Positions 9,724-20,053 are shown, counted from the first letter of the stretch. The stretch: 64,000 bases of DNA from an uncultured Fibrobacterota bacterium (GCA_963729895.1 CAVSQB010000019.1:160001-224000); one strand, 5' to 3'. Program-made: numbers and translations. Notes: a model not told the origin generated them from the sequence alone.

Positions 9724-10826
9724 AGGATACGCCCTTGGAAATACTTCTTCAGAATGAAAACCTTTTTCACCGCGTCCTTGTCCCGCTCAGACCGCAGCTT
9801 CATTATTTCCTCTTTTGTGAATGATACCCCGCTTTGAAATTGGACGGCGCTATTTTCGCTTATTGTAAACGGCTCATTCATCAGGTGGGAATATGCCCGA
9901 ATAGGATATGGTGACAAGCGCCTGGGCTTTGCCGCCATTTCGATGATTTTGTCTGGGGAGAGCGAGAATACTTCCGCTTCTGTTAGCGGAATAGCGTGCA
10001 ACCCGGATTTTGAATTGATCGAATTTTGAGAACGGATAAGGTGAGTCACGCCCGCATAGATTGAAAAGTCGATTCCGTTGATTCCAGCCGCAAGTTTCCG
10101 CGCCAGCCTCTCGACACGCTCAGGGGTGTCAACATATCCAGAAATTTCATCAAGAGCGGAGACCGAAAATGAAACGTGGAAACCTTTATTGCCGGAGAAC
10201 TTTGTTGAAGATTCGCTTATTCCAAAGTCCTTTATTCTCCCAAACAAGTTTCGAGCTTCTTTTAGGGCGCGCCCAATATTTTCCTCTTGTATGCCGTCCT
10301 TAAAATCAATGTCGAAGAACAATTCTCTGCACCAAACAGGCCCGCGATACCCTTTAAGGACGCCGTGCTGTTTGTGGTATGCTTCGATTTGCTTGCAATG
10401 TCTGTACATCGAATGATAGTTTTCTCGCGCGCCGGGCATGCAGTAGTAGTCGGGAGAATCGGCGCGCCGTTCAAATGTTCCCCGGTGATAAATGCCGTCT
10501 TTGACCACCTCAAGGATGCAATAATCCGCTTTTGTACCTTGGCGGATAGGCTTCGTTATCGCTTCCGGCTCCGGCTGTTTCTTGTGGTTCGGCAAGGTTC
10601 CGCATTTCTGCCCGATGTACCGCTTGGCTTCTGGAAACGGAAGACCGTATCGAAGTTTCACGAAATCGTAAATGTCCCCGCCTTCGCCGGTGCCGTGGTC
10701 GAACCAAAGTCCGGTTTCGGCATTGAGAGCAAACGAGGGGTGAGTATCTTTCCGCAACGGGGAGCAGATAAGGTTCTCGCCAGGGCGCAATTTAGCGCCG
10801 GTTTCCTGTGACCAGAATTCAAGCAT
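9720..10826 (-). CDS. Primase-polymerase: CHC2-like zinc finger plus AEP-type catalytic domain
   Basis: CSPLRKDTHPSF...GGDIYDFV N-terminus; FFDID and FSGNKGFH motifs; ATG at 10826 overlaps the upstream gene's stop; 4-nt overlap with the helicase gene. Confidence 0.75.
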   Translation of the reverse strand: MLEFWSQETGAKLRPGENLICSPLRKDTHPSFALNAETGLWFDHGTGEGGDIYDFVKLRYGLPFPEAKRYIGQKCGTLPNHKKQPEPEAITKPIRQGTKADYCILEVVKDGIYHRGTFERRADSPDYYCMPGARENYHSMYRHCKQIEAYHKQHGVLKGYRGPVWCRELFFDIDFKDGIQEENIGRALKEARNLFGRIKDFGISESSTKFSGNKGFHVSFSVSALDEISGYVDTPERVERLARKLAAGINGIDFSIYAGVTHLIRSQNSINSKSGLHAIPLTEAEVFSLSPDKIIEMAAKPRRLSPYPIRAYSHLMNEPFTISENSAVQFQSGVSFTKEEIMKLRSERDKDAVKKVFILKKYFQGRIL

Positions 10827-11031
10827 TGATCGTATCCTCAGATTGTTTGCTTTCAAGTTCGTCGAAGACCTCCTCAAGCCGTTTTCGTTCTTCAGAGGCG
10901 AGGGGAATAAAACCGGCCAATTTATTTGCAATGGTGGACGGGGGCATGTACAGGACGTTGGCCAAGTCACGGTGGGTAAGGCGCAAACGTTTTTTGCGCT
11001 CTATCAAGTCTGTTTCTTTCTGGTAAACCAT
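10819..11031 (-). CDS. Small XRE-family HTH regulator
   Basis: RKKRLRLTHRDLANVLYMPPSTIANKLAG; AGGAAG RBS. Confidence 0.7.
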   Translation of the reverse strand: MVYQKETDLIERKKRLRLTHRDLANVLYMPPSTIANKLAGFIPLASEERKRLEEVFDELESKQSEDTINA

Positions 11032-11208
11032 ATTTGTCTTCCTTTTTGTTATTGTTGCCTAGAGATTCTACTTATACCGGGAGATTTTGCGCGGGCCATA
11101 AGAAATGGCGTTCTTCGATCAAAAAGGGCAAATAGCTTGATAGCCGAAGCTATAGCCAAGCTATTTCATCGGATTTGAGGACGGTTCAAGTACGGAGATA
11201 TTCGGGGT

Positions 11209-12515
11209 CAGTAGTGTCCGGTTAAATTGACAACAAGAGAAGGGCTACCAACCTATTTTTATCGTTGAAGGTTTAGTTTTTGACGATTAAAAAGAGGAGG
11301 CAGCCCTTGAACAGAAGAAATACAATATTCAATCAGATAACGCAACTGTTGAATCGGAAGGGATTCTGGCGCATTGTTAATCGGTACGAAGGAGACAGGT
11401 ACGTAAAGAGCATGACCTGCTGGCAGGAGATGCAGATTTTGCTCTTTTCGCTGGTAAAGGATTTGGTCAGCTTTCGGGATGTAGAAGCGTGTCTGAAGAG
11501 CAATGCGGATAAGTGGGAACATATTGGTCTTGCGAGTGTAGCCCGCAGTACACTGGCAGATGCACTCGCTCTCCGGCCATACAAGATGTTTGAAGATCTT
11601 TTCTATCAGTTTCTGGATAAATGCCAGCGATTGGCACCTCGTCATGACTTTCGGGTAAAGGTTCCGGTATTTACGCATGATTCAACCTTGATCAGCGTAT
11701 GTCTGTCATCGTTTCCATGGGCACGGTATCGCAGGCGCAAAGGTGGATTGAAACTTCATATGCTTCTGGACCATGACGGTTACCTACCGTCGTTTATCCG
11801 GATGACGGACGGGAAAGTCCATGACATTCGGGTGGTGAAAGATGCCGAATATGATTTTCCTGCGCTTCCGCCGGACAGCATCCTCACCATTGATCGAGGC
11901 TACACAGATTTTGGCTGGCTTCATTCACTGCATACGACTGGTGTTACATTCGTGATCCTGGCAAAATCCAACATGGCATATCATCTTGTCGGACAGCACA
12001 AAGAACCGAACGTAAGACGCGGAATTATCCGTGATCAGGAAGTCGAAATGTCGAATTTTTACGAAAGCAAGGCATATCCGGAGAAGCTGCGACTGATACA
12101 GTATTACAACAAGGAGTTAAACAAGAACCTGGTCTTTCTGACGAACAATTTCACGTTGTCGGCAACGACAATTGCTGCACTGTACAAGGGAAGATGGGAG
12201 ATAGAAACATTTTTCAAGTGGATCAAGCAGCACTTGAAGATAAAGACGTTCTACGGGACCAGCGAAAACGCGGTAATGACACAGGTGTGGATAGCCATGA
12301 TCTTGTATCTCCTGTTGTCGTTTATAAAATTCCAAGCACGGTATGCCTTCACCATGCTGGAATTACTGCGGGTTATCCGAGAAAGGCTGCTTGGTTTTGA
12401 AAGCTTGATTGAATTACTACGGGTCAATTACGAGCGGTTACGTTCTTTGCGCTCCGCTCCAGTGCAATTATCATTCTATTAGCCATTGGTCAAGAGGTTT
12501 AGCCGGACAGGGCTG
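11209..12515 (+). mobile_element. IS4-family insertion sequence (1307 bp)
   Basis: Imperfect IRs CAGTAGTGTCCGGTTAAA / TTTAGCCGGACAGGGCTG; 9-bp TSD ATTCGGGGT at 11200-11208 and 12516-12524. Confidence 0.92.
11280..12482 (+). CDS. IS4-family transposase
   Basis: HDST, GLKLH, IDRGY, YKGRWEIETFFKWIKQ (YREK signature). Confidence 0.93.
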   Translation: MTIKKRRQPLNRRNTIFNQITQLLNRKGFWRIVNRYEGDRYVKSMTCWQEMQILLFSLVKDLVSFRDVEACLKSNADKWEHIGLASVARSTLADALALRPYKMFEDLFYQFLDKCQRLAPRHDFRVKVPVFTHDSTLISVCLSSFPWARYRRRKGGLKLHMLLDHDGYLPSFIRMTDGKVHDIRVVKDAEYDFPALPPDSILTIDRGYTDFGWLHSLHTTGVTFVILAKSNMAYHLVGQHKEPNVRRGIIRDQEVEMSNFYESKAYPEKLRLIQYYNKELNKNLVFLTNNFTLSATTIAALYKGRWEIETFFKWIKQHLKIKTFYGTSENAVMTQVWIAMILYLLLSFIKFQARYAFTMLELLRVIRERLLGFESLIELLRVNYERLRSLRSAPVQLSFY

Positions 12516-12598
12516 ATTCGGGGTATTTAATCTGGTAGATCATCAGGCTCGGCAGATTCTTCTTCTCTTGTTTCTTCGTGTTCAATCATGGCAGCTTC

Positions 12599-13031
12599 GC
12601 GGCGCATGGGGCAACTGTTGGAGGCGACAGAGAGAGCGAATACGGCAAGAGACAAGAAAAAAGCGGAGTTACCGGCAAGCACTCCGGTTCCCCTCACTCT
12701 CGCCGACCTTGGTATCACCAAGAAAGAATCCGCCCGCGCTCAAAAGCTCGCGGCGCTGCCGGATGAGACGTTCGAGAAGGTGAAGGCGGGAGAGGTGCCG
12801 GTGAGGCCGCAATACAACATGCCAAGGCATACGCATTCGAAGCCGAGCACAAGATGGGCGAAATGTTGGCGGAGACGGAATTGAATTCTGGCACAAAAGG
12901 ACAGTTGAAAGGGAAAGATTCTTCTGGCGTGTACCGCCAGACACCGCCAGAAAGTAAAGCCCCCACCCTCGCCGACCTGGGCATCACCAAGCACGAATCT
13001 GCCCGCGCTCAAAAGCTCGCGGCGCTGCCGG
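12599..13031 (+). pseudogene. Two tandem, out-of-frame fragments of one phage-type protein family
   Basis: Both encode MG(Q/E)(L/M)L...TLADLGITKxESARAQKLAALP; ~64-bp near-identical repeat at 12698-12762 and 12968-13031. Confidence 0.6.
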
Positions 13032-13203
13032 GCTGCCGGGCCGCCCCCAGCCGTGCCGTATTACGGCGTTTTCGCTTTTCGGATTCTCTAAGGCTTTGCA
13101 AACCTGAAAAGCTCGATTCTGCCGCCTCAATACCTTTCTTCCCGGTCGGGCTCGGTTCGAATGCCATGTTTCATCAGGTTTAGATTACCCTCGCCTGCGC
13201 GTA

Positions 13204-13350
13204 CTTGATAGCCGAAGCTATAGCCAAGCTATTTCATCGGATTTGAGGACGGTTCAAGTACGGAGATATTCGGGGTATTTAATCTGGTAGATCATCAGGC
13301 TCGGCAGATTCTTCTTCTCTTGTTTCTTCGTGTTCAATCATGGCAGCTTC
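13204..13350. repeat. 147-bp direct repeat; the other copy (11136-11208 plus 12525-12598) is split by IS4
   Basis: Sequence identity read directly; includes the 3' end of the 628-aa gene. Confidence 0.92.
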
Positions 13351-15165
13351 CCGGCGATCAAGTGTGGATCGCTCAATCTGTATGTCAATCGGCATTTTCT
13401 CGTTTTTTCGAAAGAATGTTATTGAGGTGTCAAATATTCTCTTTAATGCTTCATTCACATCTTGCAGTTGATAGGCTACAAGTTCCCCGGCATTTTTTTG
13501 ACCAAGAATAATTAATAGCCTTTTCCAAGTTTCAGGGTCCTTATTATCAACCCTTTTCCCAAAATCTTCCGGCACTAATTCTATTGTTTTTCTTCTGTCC
13601 CTAAAGTTCACTTCTATTCTGGAATCAGAATAAATTACTTTCCAAAAATCAAACTCATCAGTGCTTGATATTTTGGCTTTTGCTTTCTTTTCCTTTTTGC
13701 CTTGCCCGACTCTTTCCGGCTTTTCATTGGCAATAACCTCACGAATTCGCTCAATTAGGGTTCGATCAATAATGTCACCATCCAAGTTGATTATCCGTTG
13801 CCACTTTTGCTCAACTATTCGAAGACTTTCAATGTTTTTTCGGTTTTGGACGGCATTTACCACCTCTTCATAGAAATGCCCGATTGCTTGACTAACCCCT
13901 TCCTTACCGTGTGTATTGCAAAACTTGAATATCAAATCCTTGACCACCATTTCTTCGCGTTTTTCTGCGTCGCTGAAATAATAGTCCGGTAGTTTGTCCA
14001 ATAAGTATTCGCGTGGTAGAAAACCTGTCTCATTAAGGATTGTAACAAGATCGAAGAAGTTTCCGTTGACGACCATACCTACTAAGAGCGATTGGTTTGG
14101 AGGAAGCGCGCTTAGCTTTACTTCCTCAACAGGTTCGTGATTTAGCGGGCTTTTTGCCACACCGTTCTTCCTGGAGACTTCATTGGTTATTATTTCTTCG
14201 TTGTACGCAGTCTCCACTCTATAAATATCGTCGGAGGCGGATTCATTTGCAAGCAGCCATAAACGATGTCTGTAACCCAAATAGAAGTTTGCTCTATTTG
14301 TTCTTTCATCAGGCTCAAGATAATTTGCTTCTAATTCATAGCCGTAGAAGCTATTATCAAACAGTACCCTTCTAAATACTTCGTCATTGTCAATCATTGC
14401 CATAATATCCTTGATTTCCCGTTTTGCTCTTTCATTATCCAATGGTTCTAATTTCATGTTTCTGAGCGTTTCGCCGCGCTCTAATTGCTTCAATTCTTTA
14501 CGGAAGTCGCTGAAGACGGTCTTTGGTGCCCCACTTCCAGGCTCCGGCGCTTGCACTTGATGTTTTAGTGTTCTTTCCTTTAAATTGTTCCATTCTGCCC
14601 TAAATACCTCATTAAAACAACAAGTCTCCATATTGTCAAACGCGTTTTCATCCGGGTCCTTTAATATTTGCACAAACGGATTTTCAAAATCCAGGCACTT
14701 TATGTTTCTTGTATCAACTTCGGTGACATAGGGAAACAAATTATTGATCCTGTCTATCGGTCTGTATGTCCTCTCGCTCCTATAAGCCCAAAAACAATTC
14801 GCTTTTTCAAGCTCGTTTTTTGATACTGCCTCTCTGGGAAAAACAGCACAGTCTACATCAAACCCATCCAAGCCAGGAATTTTAATAAGCGAATCAGTCT
14901 CGGGGTCCGCAAGAATTACAACGGAATTCTTAAATGGGCCTTTCAGTTCTAGGAAATCCAAATATGTCTTCTTACCGAATACGCCGAAGATGTTTCGCAA
15001 CGCATCAAATATGAGGTATGCGTCCTTCGCTTGTTCGCGCATCCGCCTAACCCAATCGCCAAGAACACCATAATACTTTTGACAGGTTTGCCTTTGATCT
15101 GGTATTGGTTTTGATGGGTCTAGAAGGGGATTAATCGGCGGAGCATTAAAAGAAACACTATTCAT
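13279..15165 (-). CDS. Hypothetical protein (~628 aa)
   Basis: Long AT-rich ORF; ATG at 15165 overlaps the stop of the R-M gene; no recognised family. Confidence 0.75.
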   Translation of the reverse strand: MNSVSFNAPPINPLLDPSKPIPDQRQTCQKYYGVLGDWVRRMREQAKDAYLIFDALRNIFGVFGKKTYLDFLELKGPFKNSVVILADPETDSLIKIPGLDGFDVDCAVFPREAVSKNELEKANCFWAYRSERTYRPIDRINNLFPYVTEVDTRNIKCLDFENPFVQILKDPDENAFDNMETCCFNEVFRAEWNNLKERTLKHQVQAPEPGSGAPKTVFSDFRKELKQLERGETLRNMKLEPLDNERAKREIKDIMAMIDNDEVFRRVLFDNSFYGYELEANYLEPDERTNRANFYLGYRHRLWLLANESASDDIYRVETAYNEEIITNEVSRKNGVAKSPLNHEPVEEVKLSALPPNQSLLVGMVVNGNFFDLVTILNETGFLPREYLLDKLPDYYFSDAEKREEMVVKDLIFKFCNTHGKEGVSQAIGHFYEEVVNAVQNRKNIESLRIVEQKWQRIINLDGDIIDRTLIERIREVIANEKPERVGQGKKEKKAKAKISSTDEFDFWKVIYSDSRIEVNFRDRRKTIELVPEDFGKRVDNKDPETWKRLLIILGQKNAGELVAYQLQDVNEALKRIFDTSITFFRKNEKMPIDIQIERSTLDRREAAMIEHEETREEESAEPDDLPD

Positions 15166-18097
15166 CCTTCGCCTTCTTCTTGCTTGTTCCATTCGTCTTC
15201 GTTGACTCTTCCACAATCTTTATTTCTTCGGGGGTAAGGCCGTACAGATCGTAGACAAGTTCGTCGATCTGGCGGTCGGCGGATTCAATTTGCCGGGTAA
15301 TGCGGTTCTTTTCGAAATCGGTGCGAACGCCTGGGAGTTTCTTGTTAAGGGATAAAATAGACGCGGCTAACAAAACTATATCATCGTGGCACTTCTTTTC
15401 GGCAGGATTGCCCATGTCAATTGGCGGCAGCGGCAAGCTGCCAAGTTCTTCACACTGAACGTGGATTGTCTGGAATGTCGTGCGATAATAGAACTTCAGT
15501 GCAATACTATTAATAATTCCTGCCACGTATCTGAGATCAAAACATGCCGGTTTGTCGTCTTGCGGAATGATAATGAGAACATCCTTGACATAGAAATTGT
15601 TATCATCAAATGTCCCTGCAAAATCGGCAGTCGTATCTTTAACCAAAACCTTCGGTTGCTCAAATCGTTCTGCCTCTCCGGGACGCGCAGTGTTACGATG
15701 TTCTCGCATTCTTGAGGGAACGTACCATACATATTCACCTTTGTAATCGTAATAGTACCGCTTTACATCGTTTCCGCGCAACAGGTGTTTATCTTCTCGA
15801 TGCAATCCCTTTGTGTGGTGAAGGAACTTCTCGTCGTCGCCAGTCTTCAACCCAAAGCACACATGGAATAAATTGTCAATCCTTTGACCTTTTCGCATTT
15901 TCTCTTTTATTATTTCAGTCTTCGGTGAGATGCTGAGGTCGAAAACATTTTGGAAAGTCGAATAGTACGCTATCTGTGGAATCTTGCGTTCCAATACAAA
16001 ATTGCTACCCATCAGAGTCCGTTTGCTTTCAACGATTTCAATTTGTGTAGATTTGCGTTGTTCACTCGTATCCTTCTGGACGAAGAAGATGCCAGCGGTG
16101 ACTTGCGCCTCTGCAAAGACTTTTTCCGGCAATTCGGTAATTTGCTGGATGCGAAAATTGGCAAGAAACAGTTTCCGCAATTCTTGAAAGCTGTTTAGTT
16201 GAAGCCAACCATGAGAAACAATGTAACTGAACAGTCCGTCTTGTTTCAGCAAGTGGGTCGCTTGCTCGATAAAGCAGCAGTATAGGTCCGATTTGTGCGT
16301 AAAAGTCTTGTAATTCTTCCAATAATATTCCTTGTCACTTTCTGAAATATTATGAGGCCGCACATAGGGCGGGTTTCCAATTACGGCGTCAAATCCGCCC
16401 TTTTGCATTATCTCTTGGAAGCCTGAATTCCAGTCAAAGGCATTTGTTTCTCGTACTTCAGGCTTATTTACATATAGAGCCATTTCCTCTTGGACCCCTT
16501 CGTAAAAATCCGGCCCAATAAGGGAGTTTCCGCACTGAATATTCTTCCTTAGCGAAGGCAACACGGTTTCGCCCGCTTCGGCCTTCAATGAGGCGGCAGT
16601 GGTCCCCAAGGTCTCATTTTCCAGAAGCTTTAGGTATAGTGATAGCTGCGAGACTTCCACTGCCTGTTGGTCAATGTCCACGCCATAGATGTTATTGAGC
16701 AAGATTTCCCGTTTCTTATGCAGGGTAAGGCATAGCGCGCCGTCACGTTCAACACAATCGCGCGCCGTAGCCTGCTTCGGGTTCTTGTTGTAGTAGCTGG
16801 CGTGGTATCTTATCAAGCAGTCATAAGCCCCTAGAAGGAAGGAGCCGCTTCCACAAGCGATATCAGCGAACCGCATCCCGGCAATTTCTTCCGGCGTTTT
16901 GTCTTTTATCAGCTTGCCGATTGTGTTTTCAACGATGTAGCGGACAATATACTCGGGAGTGTAGAAAACCCCGCCTGCTTTTTTTACCTCGGGCTTTTCT
17001 TCCACCTTGGCGCGCTTGGCCGTTGTGGTAATGATCTTCCCCAGGAACCGCTCGTAAATACTGCCAAGGATATGGATGGGTATCTTATCGAAGTCGTAAG
17101 GCGTGTTTTTGCTTGAAAGCTTCTCGCATATATCCGCAAATTCGTTTTCATCGAATTTGAAATCTGGCGCGTCAAGGATGTCGTGTTTCTTGTATATGGT
17201 GCCGTTGTACACCTTGTCCAGTTTCCGGCACGTCGCAACGAAATCTTTCCACACGCTATCGCTCTTCGTCCCGAAATTGGATATAATGTCTTCGGGTTCA
17301 ATCAGCTTATCTTCCAGGAACCGGATGAACACAAGCCGGTCAATGACACGTTGCACTATCTCCGTGAGTGCCCAATGGTCCAGTTCCGGGTTTCCGTTCT
17401 TGAATGCGTGTGCAAGGGTGTTGCGATAGCCGTCAAGCTCGTCGAGAAGCGCCTCGTCAATAGGCTTGTAACCGCCCTTGAATAGCCCAAGCTGCACGGC
17501 CCCGCCCCGCGCCTTGGGAAGCACCAAGGTTCTCTTTTCAATTGAGCCGCCCGCGACTGCTTCGCGGGAAAATAGGTAGTAAATTTCCGCAAACTTCTCT
17601 TTATTCAGGTAGTCTTGATAGGTATATTTCTTTACAAAACGGTCAAGGGCTGTCTCTATGGAAGGCGCGTAGCGGCAATCAAGAACGTGGATCTGCTCAA
17701 AATCGGTAAGAATCGCAAGCGGCGTTTCGCTGCTGTACCCGTATCGAATGGTCTGGAAGTAGTCATCGGCGTTTTCGATTTGTACGGAAGGCTTCTTCGC
17801 TTCGGCATAGAATGCCACGTCCCGGAAATTCGGCGCGACGTAAAAAGCATAGTCGGCGCGCTTCCTCTTGCCCTGCGCGTTCACGTTTGATTCAATGTGC
17901 GCTTCCTGCTCGTAGGGGTTCTTGTCGGACTCGTGGTTTACGTCCCACCCCAGGGCAATAAAGAATTTGTCTATGAAGTCGTGCCGGGCAGCTTGTTCGG
18001 AGTACGAAGAGGCGAGATAATAGTCTTTGTTACCGTCGAAATCTTCGACCAGCTTCTTTACGGTATTGAAGGCGGTTTCAAGAGTAGTTTGGAGCAT
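15158..18097 (-). CDS. Type IIG (Eco57I-like) fused restriction-modification enzyme
   Basis: N-terminal RADYAF...AEAKK nuclease motif, FYTP, DIACGSGSF, IGNPPY, TaqI-C-like specificity region, C-terminal IDELVYDLYGLT. Confidence 0.9.
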   Translation of the reverse strand: MLQTTLETAFNTVKKLVEDFDGNKDYYLASSYSEQAARHDFIDKFFIALGWDVNHESDKNPYEQEAHIESNVNAQGKRKRADYAFYVAPNFRDVAFYAEAKKPSVQIENADDYFQTIRYGYSSETPLAILTDFEQIHVLDCRYAPSIETALDRFVKKYTYQDYLNKEKFAEIYYLFSREAVAGGSIEKRTLVLPKARGGAVQLGLFKGGYKPIDEALLDELDGYRNTLAHAFKNGNPELDHWALTEIVQRVIDRLVFIRFLEDKLIEPEDIISNFGTKSDSVWKDFVATCRKLDKVYNGTIYKKHDILDAPDFKFDENEFADICEKLSSKNTPYDFDKIPIHILGSIYERFLGKIITTTAKRAKVEEKPEVKKAGGVFYTPEYIVRYIVENTIGKLIKDKTPEEIAGMRFADIACGSGSFLLGAYDCLIRYHASYYNKNPKQATARDCVERDGALCLTLHKKREILLNNIYGVDIDQQAVEVSQLSLYLKLLENETLGTTAASLKAEAGETVLPSLRKNIQCGNSLIGPDFYEGVQEEMALYVNKPEVRETNAFDWNSGFQEIMQKGGFDAVIGNPPYVRPHNISESDKEYYWKNYKTFTHKSDLYCCFIEQATHLLKQDGLFSYIVSHGWLQLNSFQELRKLFLANFRIQQITELPEKVFAEAQVTAGIFFVQKDTSEQRKSTQIEIVESKRTLMGSNFVLERKIPQIAYYSTFQNVFDLSISPKTEIIKEKMRKGQRIDNLFHVCFGLKTGDDEKFLHHTKGLHREDKHLLRGNDVKRYYYDYKGEYVWYVPSRMREHRNTARPGEAERFEQPKVLVKDTTADFAGTFDDNNFYVKDVLIIIPQDDKPACFDLRYVAGIINSIALKFYYRTTFQTIHVQCEELGSLPLPPIDMGNPAEKKCHDDIVLLAASILSLNKKLPGVRTDFEKNRITRQIESADRQIDELVYDLYGLTPEEIKIVEESTKTNGTSKKKAKDE

Positions 18098-18195
18098 GGA
18101 TTTTCCTTGAGGATGTCAAAAGGAAAATATCTAATGGGGATCATCAAGCAAAGTCTGTACGGTTTGGACGGAATGCGATATCTGCCGTGCCGCCC

Positions 18196-18945
18196 TTATT
18201 TCTGCGGAAGCGCGAGTAAGTCTGTTAATTGGCGGTACCCAAAGTAGTCCACAATGAACAAGGGAAGGCCGCTGATTATGGCAACGGTACGATTGGGATC
18301 GATATGTTTCGATCTTTGTTCCTTCAGAATGCGCTCCTGAGTCATCTGCGCGTACTCCGTTGGCGATGGATACTCGTATACATTGAATAGCAGACACCGC
18401 GTTCTCTTCAGTCCATGCTCAATTAGCACTTTCCAATCTGGGAATTGTATTTTGTCCGTATCCCGATACCCGGATCTTTTGTGAACGATGCGCTTATATC
18501 CTTTATTGATTTTCGCCACAATGGCGCGCTGAAAGAAACCAGGTCTAGCTGGATCATAGTCCTTGATCGACTCAACCATGGGATAGCTTACGTACAGTTT
18601 GCCGTGTTCGGTTTCTTCATCAAAGAACTGAATCATTTCATCTAGATTATCGTCTGACGACGTAGGTGCATGTCCATCATAGTCGAAGAAGAGAAAAATC
18701 TGCGAGACGCGATGCCTCTCAAGAGCGCAGATTGCTGGATTATCCCTGTTTCTTTCCTTGACAACCTCGAATACGTCAAGATCTCTATCCTTTTTCAAAA
18801 TATTCCACAAACCATAAATATCATGCTTGATCGGGGCACACACCCTTGGGTTTCTTTCACCCTGGAAGAACGTTTTGTTGATATTTACGAATAGCTTGGG
18901 TTCTGTCTTTTCACCCTCAAAGATTAACAGCGTGAAATCAGTCAT
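18196..18945 (-). CDS. TOPRIM-like (RloB-like) putative nuclease
   Basis: IFEGEKTE and FFDYD acidic motifs, SYPMVE; start overlaps the ATPase stop. Confidence 0.65.
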   Translation of the reverse strand: MTDFTLLIFEGEKTEPKLFVNINKTFFQGERNPRVCAPIKHDIYGLWNILKKDRDLDVFEVVKERNRDNPAICALERHRVSQIFLFFDYDGHAPTSSDDNLDEMIQFFDEETEHGKLYVSYPMVESIKDYDPARPGFFQRAIVAKINKGYKRIVHKRSGYRDTDKIQFPDWKVLIEHGLKRTRCLLFNVYEYPSPTEYAQMTQERILKEQRSKHIDPNRTVAIISGLPLFIVDYFGYRQLTDLLALPQK

Positions 18946-20053
18946 CTTGGAATGCCCCCGCTCTAAGCATCTTTTCGATATTGTGAGCCTCTCTGAGTTC
19001 CTTGTCCGTAAACTCAAAGATAGGTCTAATCGCATTATCTTCCAAAATGAAATAGCAATCAGGCCGTAGGAGGTCGTTAGACATAATACTCGTGTTATGG
19101 GTAGTGATGATTGTCTGGGCTTCAATCTTCTTGATCAGCTGTACTAAGGATCTTGAGAGATTAAAATGGTAGAAAGCGTCATATTCATCAATGAACAGGA
19201 AGGAAACGTCAGTGTGGTGCTGCAACCTCTGAAACCAGTAATAAAACAATGTCAGAGATCTTGTACCCGTTGATGCTGTATCCCAAAAGATGATCTTCTT
19301 GCTTCCCACACGGTTCATAACAACCTTTTTCCCATTCACTTCATCCACACATAAGTTGCACTTTACTTTCGCAACTTTCAAGAAAGATTCAAACTCCGAC
19401 AGGTGGTCTTTTTCGATGATATCGTCCAGGATGTTACGCGCGCCTGTTTCGTAGCCCAAATATGCGTTCTGGTCCAGTGACCGAAAAAACAACATTTTAT
19501 CCACAAATTTCCCAAAAGCCAATAGCACGTCATTCACTGTGTCTTTTTCAAGGACCGTATTGCTAAGAATGTACTTGATAACTGATATCTTCGTGCCTTT
19601 CATGTCCTTGTTCAGGGTCTCCGTTCCTTTCAGTTCTATGGTAGCTTGCGTACCGTTTCTCTTGTCAATTTTTGCAACAACCTTACCATTTATCACAAGC
19701 TCTTCGAAGATAATATCATCTTGGGATTTCTTTCCGTAGTGGTATATTAATTCAGAGTTGTTAAACCTAAAGAAGTATTCGAATTCAGCTATTCTTTCAA
19801 GATCGCCACCGAATAGGAAGTTGGTATAGAATATGAGAGTCTTCGTTTTGTCAGTGAGGTGAGAAACGATGTCGAAAATGGCAAAACCCAGATTCGATTT
19901 ACCACTACTGTTGGGACCATAGATGATCGCCTTATTCACGATTGAGTCCTTGATGCATTCTGTGTTGAACTCATAATCCTTGGTGTTTGATAGGTCAAAC
20001 ACAAGCTTATGCTCGAAGTTCTTGAAGTCCTTGACTGTGAATTTTGTTAGCAT
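18938..20053 (-). CDS. AAA_21/ABC-type ATPase (RloA/AbiLi-like)
   Basis: Walker A GPNSSGKSN, signature STGT, Walker B FIDEYDAFYH, H-loop TTHN. Confidence 0.85.
   Translation of the reverse strand: MLTKFTVKDFKNFEHKLVFDLSNTKDYEFNTECIKDSIVNKAIIYGPNSSGKSNLGFAIFDIVSHLTDKTKTLIFYTNFLFGGDLERIAEFEYFFRFNNSELIYHYGKKSQDDIIFEELVINGKVVAKIDKRNGTQATIELKGTETLNKDMKGTKISVIKYILSNTVLEKDTVNDVLLAFGKFVDKMLFFRSLDQNAYLGYETGARNILDDIIEKDHLSEFESFLKVAKVKCNLCVDEVNGKKVVMNRVGSKKIIFWDTASTGTRSLTLFYYWFQRLQHHTDVSFLFIDEYDAFYHFNLSRSLVQLIKKIEAQTIITTHNTSIMSNDLLRPDCYFILEDNAIRPIFEFTDKELREAHNIEKMLRAGAFQDD

Noticed and set aside
12527..12721. 64-aa ORF ending EEESAEPDDLPD
   Set aside because: Chimeric by-product of the duplicated 3' end of the 628-aa gene
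11136..13350. CRISPR array or DGR template/variable repeat
   Set aside because: Only two copies of each repeat, no regular spacing, no cas or reverse transcriptase gene, and the mismatches are not adenine-specific
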